From contig JAMPEB010000006.1 of assembly GCA_023665475.1 (NCBI GenBank), positions 30,607 through 94,606 on the forward strand: DNA of 64,000 nt. The letters are read 5' to 3'. How positions within the stretch are numbered: the stretch's first letter is position 1; every line of letters begins with the position of its first letter. Below are positions 59,778-64,000 of this stretch, in pieces. The notes under the pieces are model-generated. The model did not search any database. It saw only the letters and a list, made by a program, of their open reading frames with translations, and was not told where the DNA came from. Source of the stretch: Lachnoclostridium sp. (GTDB lineage: Bacteria > Bacillota > Clostridia > Lachnospirales > Lachnospiraceae). A program made the position numbers and the translations under genes.

Positions 59778-60365
59778 ATGACAGATCATGAAATGTTAAA
59801 GGAGATACTTTCGGGGGTTCAGGCACTGCAGGCAGAGCAGCAGGAAATGAAAGCGGATATCAGTGGCCTGAAATCAGAAGTCAGTGGCCTGAAATCAGAA
59901 GTCAGTGGCCTGAAATCAGAAGTCGGCAGCCTGAAACCAGAAGTCGGCAGCCTGAAATCAGAAGTCGGCAGCCTGAAATCAGAAGTCGGCAGCCTGAAAT
60001 CAGAAGTCGGCAGCCTGAAACCAGAAGTCGGCAGCCTGAAATCAGAAGTCCATGACCTGAAAGAGGAGATGCAGATGATACAGACCCAGCAGAAGGAAAT
60101 GCGGGCGGAGATCAAGGAGATGAAGTCAGACATAAGGGGTCTGAAATCGGAGAGTCAGGAGCTGAATTGGAAAGTGTCAAAACTCAGTCTGCATGTTGAA
60201 AATGAAACAGACAGGAACATTCAACTGGTTGCCGAGAATTTTATCGACTTAATCAACAAGCTGAATCAGGCGATTCCTGCAGCCGACAAAAATCTTGCCT
60301 ATGAAGTAAAGGTCAATTATCTCATTAACGAAGTTGACAAAGTGAAAGAAAAACTGGCAATGTAA
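59778..60365 (+). CDS. Coiled-coil protein with a nine-fold perfect heptad (GSLKSEV / SGLKSEV) repeat
   Basis: Strong RBS GGGAGGA. 21-bp tandem repeats in frame across 59861..60049. C-terminal alpha-helical region with no recognisable catalytic motif. Confidence 0.6.
   Translation: MTDHEMLKEILSGVQALQAEQQEMKADISGLKSEVSGLKSEVSGLKSEVGSLKPEVGSLKSEVGSLKSEVGSLKSEVGSLKPEVGSLKSEVHDLKEEMQMIQTQQKEMRAEIKEMKSDIRGLKSESQELNWKVSKLSLHVENETDRNIQLVAENFIDLINKLNQAIPAADKNLAYEVKVNYLINEVDKVKEKLAM
59861..60049 (+). repeat. Nine tandem 21-bp repeats (cagtggcctgaaatcagaagt x3, cggcagcctgaaaYcagaagt x6) inside the CDS
   Basis: Read directly: near-perfect 21-mers. In-frame, so copy-number change keeps the frame and adds or removes heptads. 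Confidence 0.9.
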
Positions 60366-60646
60366 TTCCTTGAATAAGGTGCAAAGTCTATGGGAACAAC
60401 GGACTTTGCGCCTTATTTGTCTGTCTGATATTTACTTGAGAAGAAATAAAACCTTGACAAGCCGATTCGGGGGGGTAAAATAAGGGTGTTTGATTTTGTG
60501 AAATCTGCAAACGAATCTTAAAAATGCTGCCAAAATTTTATGAATTTTATGGAAAATTCATAAAAATGATTGCAAGACAACACTATATGTGGTATTGTTA
60601 TACAGAATGAATCAATATAAATTATACACTAGAGAGGATGCGCCGA

Positions 60647-61372
60647 ATGAAGACCGGGGAAAGAATTATCGACATACATACGCACATTCTTCCCGGAATT
60701 GATGACGGTTCGCAGAGTATGGACGAGAGCATACAAATGCTCCGAATTGCCGAGAGAGAGGGAATTACGGATGTAATGGTAACGCCGCATTATAAGGGCG
60801 GAAGACACAATGCCAGTCCGCAGACGGTGTTACGCCTGCTTGACGAACTGCGGGAAAATGCCGCAGAGCTTGGCATTTCCGTATCCATTCACTTGGGCAA
60901 TGAAGTCTTGTATTTCAGCGAAGTCGAAGAGGCATTGGATGAAAAATATATTTTCACCATGAACGGCTCCGATTTTGTGCTGGTGGAATTTCATCCCGGG
61001 GACCGGTACGGTTATATCCGTAATGCTTTGGATCATGTACAGGGTATGGGTTATACGCCGGTGCTGGCACATGTGGAACGATATGCCTGTATGTTGAAGG
61101 ACAAGGACGCGGTAAGGCAGATCCGGGACATGGGGGTCAGGATTCAGGTGAATGCTTCCAGCGTGGAAGGAGCGCTTGGATGGACGGTCAAACATTTTAC
61201 CCATGAAATTCTGCGTAAACATCTGGTGGATTATATTGGGACGGACGCCCACAATTGTGACAGGCGGGCACCGGAAATTCAAAAGTGCGCCAAAATTCTT
61301 TACAAAAAGTTTGGAGACGAATATGCCGACTCTGTGCTTTACGGCAATGCACAAAGAGATTTTGATATATAA
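60647..61372 (+). CDS. cpsB: Protein-tyrosine phosphatase CpsB/YwqE (PHP family)
   Basis: IIDIHTHILPGIDDGSQSMDESIQMLRIAEREGITDVMVTPHY..., the CpsB/Wzh PHP motifs. Confidence 0.85.
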   Translation: MKTGERIIDIHTHILPGIDDGSQSMDESIQMLRIAEREGITDVMVTPHYKGGRHNASPQTVLRLLDELRENAAELGISVSIHLGNEVLYFSEVEEALDEKYIFTMNGSDFVLVEFHPGDRYGYIRNALDHVQGMGYTPVLAHVERYACMLKDKDAVRQIRDMGVRIQVNASSVEGALGWTVKHFTHEILRKHLVDYIGTDAHNCDRRAPEIQKCAKILYKKFGDEYADSVLYGNAQRDFDI

Positions 61373-61390
61373 ATGAAAGAGGATGTATCA

Positions 61391-62230
61391 ATGGACGGTA
61401 AGGTAAGAGACGATGAGATAGAGATAGACCTTCAGGAGATAGTGGGGCTGTTACTCCATTGGGCATGGCTGATTATCGCCTGCGGAGCTGCGGCGGGGAT
61501 TATCGGTCTGATTATCAGCAAATTTATTCTGGTTCCCCAATACCGCTCCACCACCAGCGTCTATATCTTAAGCAAGAGCAGCAACAATGATTCCGTGACA
61601 CTCAGCGACACACAGCTTGCCACCACGCTGACCAAGGACTATGAAAGGCTGATTACCAGCCGGAGCGTGGCGAAACAGGTGCTGCAGGATTTGGAATTGG
61701 AAGATGATTATACTTACGATCAGCTTGTGGACAGGATTACCGTGTCCAATGTCAAGGATACGCGTATCATAAACATTACGGTGCAGGATGAGGACCCGGA
61801 GATGGCGCAGCTAATTGCGAACGCGGTCAGGGAAGTGTCTGCGGAGCGCATTCAGGAGGTTATGAGCATCGAGGCGGTGAATATGGTGGACGAAGCCGAG
61901 CTGCCCACCAAACCTTCGGAGCCCTCCGTGCGCAGCTGGACATTCGGCGCGGCAGCCCTTGGCATGATTCTGGCGGCTCTGTTTGTGCTGGCGCGATTTA
62001 TGCTGGATGATACCATAAGGTCTTCGGAGGATATTGAGAAATATCTGGGACTCAGTACCCTTGCACTGATTCCGGACGCCAATGCGGAGAATGAACAGGG
62101 CAAGAGAAGCGGGAAACGGAACCTAAGGCGGTTCACTTCATTCGGGAGTACAAAGGAAGGGCGTTCCGCATCCTCTTCCCATAATGAGGACGATGTGGAG
62201 ATTATTGATTACAACGAACAGGAAGGCTGA
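61391..62230 (+). CDS. cpsC: Polysaccharide chain-length determinant / tyrosine-kinase modulator CpsC (Wzz-like, YwqC)
   Basis: N-terminal TM helix, a Wzz-type periplasmic domain, and a C-terminal TM helix. RBS AAGAGGA 8 nt upstream of the ATG at 61391. Confidence 0.8.
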   Translation: MDGKVRDDEIEIDLQEIVGLLLHWAWLIIACGAAAGIIGLIISKFILVPQYRSTTSVYILSKSSNNDSVTLSDTQLATTLTKDYERLITSRSVAKQVLQDLELEDDYTYDQLVDRITVSNVKDTRIINITVQDEDPEMAQLIANAVREVSAERIQEVMSIEAVNMVDEAELPTKPSEPSVRSWTFGAAALGMILAALFVLARFMLDDTIRSSEDIEKYLGLSTLALIPDANAENEQGKRSGKRNLRRFTSFGSTKEGRSASSSHNEDDVEIIDYNEQEG

Positions 62231-62237
62231 ATAAACT

Positions 62238-62960
62238 ATGCAGACAATCGAGTTAAAGAAAGAACAGCAGGATTTCAGAACCAAGGAAGCTTTCAAGACC
62301 CTGCGTACCAATATCGAATTTTCGGGGGAGGATATACAGGTGGTCTGTGTGACCAGTTGTACACCCAACGAGGGCAAAAGCAGCATCTCTTATGAACTGG
62401 GTAAAACTTTTGCCATGAGCGGCAAGAAGACCTTACTGATAGATGCGGATTTGCGCAAATCCGTGATGCGTTCCAGACATAAGAAGGGCAAGGTAAGATT
62501 GGGATTGACCAACTGTCTGGTGGGTAAGGTAGCTTTTGAAGAATGTGTCTGTGCTACGGATATCCCCAATTTCTTTGTAGTTTTTGCAGGTCCCGTACCG
62601 CCCAACCCCAGTGAGCTTCTGGGTGGGAAGAGATTCCAGAAAGCAGTGGAGGAGTCCCGTTCGGAGTATGATATCATTATTATCGATACGCCTCCTCTGG
62701 GTAGCGTTATCGATACAGCGGTGGTGTCCAAATGTTGTGACGGCGCCATTATTGTAATCGAGTGCGGAGCCATCAGCTACCGCTTTGCCGCAAAGGTAAA
62801 GGAACAACTGGAAGTTACCGGATGCCGTATTCTGGGCAGTGTGCTGAACAAGGTAGACTTGTCCGGCAAGGGCTACTACGGCAAGTATTATGGCAGATAC
62901 TACGGTAAATACTACGGAAAGTATTATGGTAAGTATTATGGAAAATATGGAGAAGAATAA
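62238..62960 (+). CDS. cpsD: BY-kinase (protein-tyrosine kinase CpsD/YwqD) with a C-terminal Tyr cluster
   Basis: Walker A (TSCTPNEGKSSISYELG), Walker A' and Walker B motifs. C-terminus GKGYYGKYYGRYYGKYYGKYYGKYYGKYG encoded by 15-nt tandem repeats. Confidence 0.85.
   Translation: MQTIELKKEQQDFRTKEAFKTLRTNIEFSGEDIQVVCVTSCTPNEGKSSISYELGKTFAMSGKKTLLIDADLRKSVMRSRHKKGKVRLGLTNCLVGKVAFEECVCATDIPNFFVVFAGPVPPNPSELLGGKRFQKAVEESRSEYDIIIIDTPPLGSVIDTAVVSKCCDGAIIVIECGAISYRFAAKVKEQLEVTGCRILGSVLNKVDLSGKGYYGKYYGRYYGKYYGKYYGKYYGKYGEE
62866..62957 (+). repeat. 15-nt coding tandem repeats (GGNAARTAYTAYGGN x6) encoding the BY-kinase Tyr cluster
   Basis: ggctactacggcaagtattatggcagatactacggtaaatactacggaaagtattatggtaagtattatgg read directly. 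Confidence 0.8.
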
Positions 62961-63786
62961 GCAAAATAATCAAATATGGAAGATTCTGCTTGGCGTATGC
63001 CTGATTGCTGCGGTGATATGCGGCATTGTATTGGGAGTCCGGCAGTATGCACAGTCCAAGGAACAGAAGCGGCTGGAAGAATTGGCAGCAATGACAACCC
63101 AGACGGAGCCGGAACCGAGCAGTGAGCCTGTACAGGAGCCGCCGGGGGAACCGGAAATGCCGGATCCTTTTGAGAAATTGCGGCAGATGGGCATTCCCAT
63201 TCCCGAAAAGGAAGTGGATTTCGAGGCTCTGAAGGAAGAGGTAAACGAGGATATTTACGCATGGCTTTATATCCCGGATTCCACCATTGATTTCCCGGTA
63301 CTGCGCCATCCCACGGATAACAGCTACTATCTGCTGCACAATCTGGACGGCAGCAGTGGGCGTCCCGGATGTATTTATACGGAAAATTACAATAGCATGG
63401 ATTTCACGGACCCCAACACAGTGATGTACGGACATAATATGAGAGTCGGCACCATGTTTGCGGGGCTTCACAATTATGAAGATGAAGAGTTTTTTGCGGA
63501 GCATCCTTATATCTATGTTTATACGCCGGAGAAACTGTTTGTCTACGAGGTTTTTGCCGCATATGAATTCAGTGATTTACATTTGCTGTTAAATTTTGAT
63601 TTTACCAGTGAACAGGTCTTCCAGAAGTTTTTGGACGACATTTATGAAATGCGCTCCATGAATTGCAATACGAAAGAGGATGTGGAAGTAACCGCAAAGA
63701 ACCGTATTTTGACTTTATCTACTTGCGTGACCGGCAAGGACGATAAGCGTTATCTGGTACAGGGAGTGTTGTTGAATGAAGATTAG
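62938..63786 (+). CDS. srtB: Class B sortase
   Basis: N-terminal TM helix, Pro/Glu-rich linker, ...NTVMYGHNM..., ...ILTLSTCV... (TLxTC catalytic Cys) and a downstream Arg (RYLVQG). Start at 62938 or 62947; weak RBS. Confidence 0.7.
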   Translation: MENMEKNKQNNQIWKILLGVCLIAAVICGIVLGVRQYAQSKEQKRLEELAAMTTQTEPEPSSEPVQEPPGEPEMPDPFEKLRQMGIPIPEKEVDFEALKEEVNEDIYAWLYIPDSTIDFPVLRHPTDNSYYLLHNLDGSSGRPGCIYTENYNSMDFTDPNTVMYGHNMRVGTMFAGLHNYEDEEFFAEHPYIYVYTPEKLFVYEVFAAYEFSDLHLLLNFDFTSEQVFQKFLDDIYEMRSMNCNTKEDVEVTAKNRILTLSTCVTGKDDKRYLVQGVLLNED

Positions 63787-64000
63787 CATGAAGCTTTACA
63801 GGATCATTGCTAAGATTATCATGGTATTGGTGGCAGTGGTATTTATCTGCGTCATCGTGTTCATCGGTATGCAGATATCCGGAAAGAACAGGCTGTACGG
63901 ACGCAGCAAGGGCATGGTCCCGGAAATGGGAAGCAGCCCCATACAGAGCACAAGCGAAATCATAGAAGCCTATCAGCCTCTGGACGAAAGCAATTGGAAA
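63775..64000 (+). CDS. Membrane protein, N-terminal fragment (possibly an LCP/CpsA-type protein; 3' end outside window)
   Basis: MKISMKLYRIIAKIIMVLVAVVFICVIVFIG..., a TM helix. Only 75 aa visible. Overlaps the srtB stop. Confidence 0.35.

Noticed and set aside
59861-60049. Possible CRISPR array suggested by regular 21-bp repeats
   Set aside because: The repeats are contiguous with no spacers and in frame inside a CDS (heptad coiled coil). No cas genes are present.

Overview
This 64-kb window reads as chromosomal DNA from an endospore-forming Firmicute (Clostridia, possibly Lachnospiraceae-like). It is mostly housekeeping and sporulation genes on the + strand:

- Sporulation: sigE (3' end), sigG, ylmC/ymxH, spoVB, gpr, spoIIP and sigK.
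- Core metabolism: nrdR, iscS-iscU, mnmA, gap-pgk-tpiA, lepA, hemW, leuB-ilvD-ilvB, serC-serA, glgB and ilvA.
- Conserved block: yceD-rpmF-plsX-acpP-rnc-smc-ftsY.
- Capsule module: a CpsB/CpsC/CpsD (BY-kinase) set followed by a class B sortase.

One tmRNA (ssrA) lies on the minus strand next to sigK. I see no rRNA, canonical tRNA, CRISPR array, transposase or integrase.

The most unusual content is non-coding:

- (A) A family of ~120-175 bp modular hairpin-rich elements bounded by GTGTGAA. Each sits exactly at the stop codon of gap, serA, the DUF1015 gene or smc. In two cases the element supplies the stop codon, and in one it also supplies the GTG start of the next gene.
- (B) A ~120 bp portable 5' cassette: strong RBS, a conserved 11-codon uORF (MKIKNFQSR[N/I]L), a GC-rich spacer and a conserved main RBS. 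It is present twice, immediately upstream of an XRE-family membrane regulator and of ftsY.
- (C) A tandem array of ~140 bp units, each beginning with a near-perfect extended -10 (TGgTATAAT) followed by a 5' hairpin, upstream of a small coiled-coil/TM gene. A shortened copy lies upstream of a PdaC-like lipoprotein gene.
- (D) A duplicated 45 bp promoter-like repeat flanking a 340 bp insert with small ORFs, upstream of the DUF1015 gene.

Other points:

- A coiled-coil protein carries nine perfect 21-bp tandem repeats in frame.
- sigK is uninterrupted and lacks a pro-sequence.
- sigE and sigG are arranged convergently.
- Three large multi-TM (glycosyltransferase-like) proteins are present, two of them wedged between iscU and mnmA.
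- A zinc-ribbon / TPM-domain gene pair is present.

All coordinates for non-ORF features were counted by hand from the printed lines. Functional assignments rest on recognisable protein motifs, and no database search was run.
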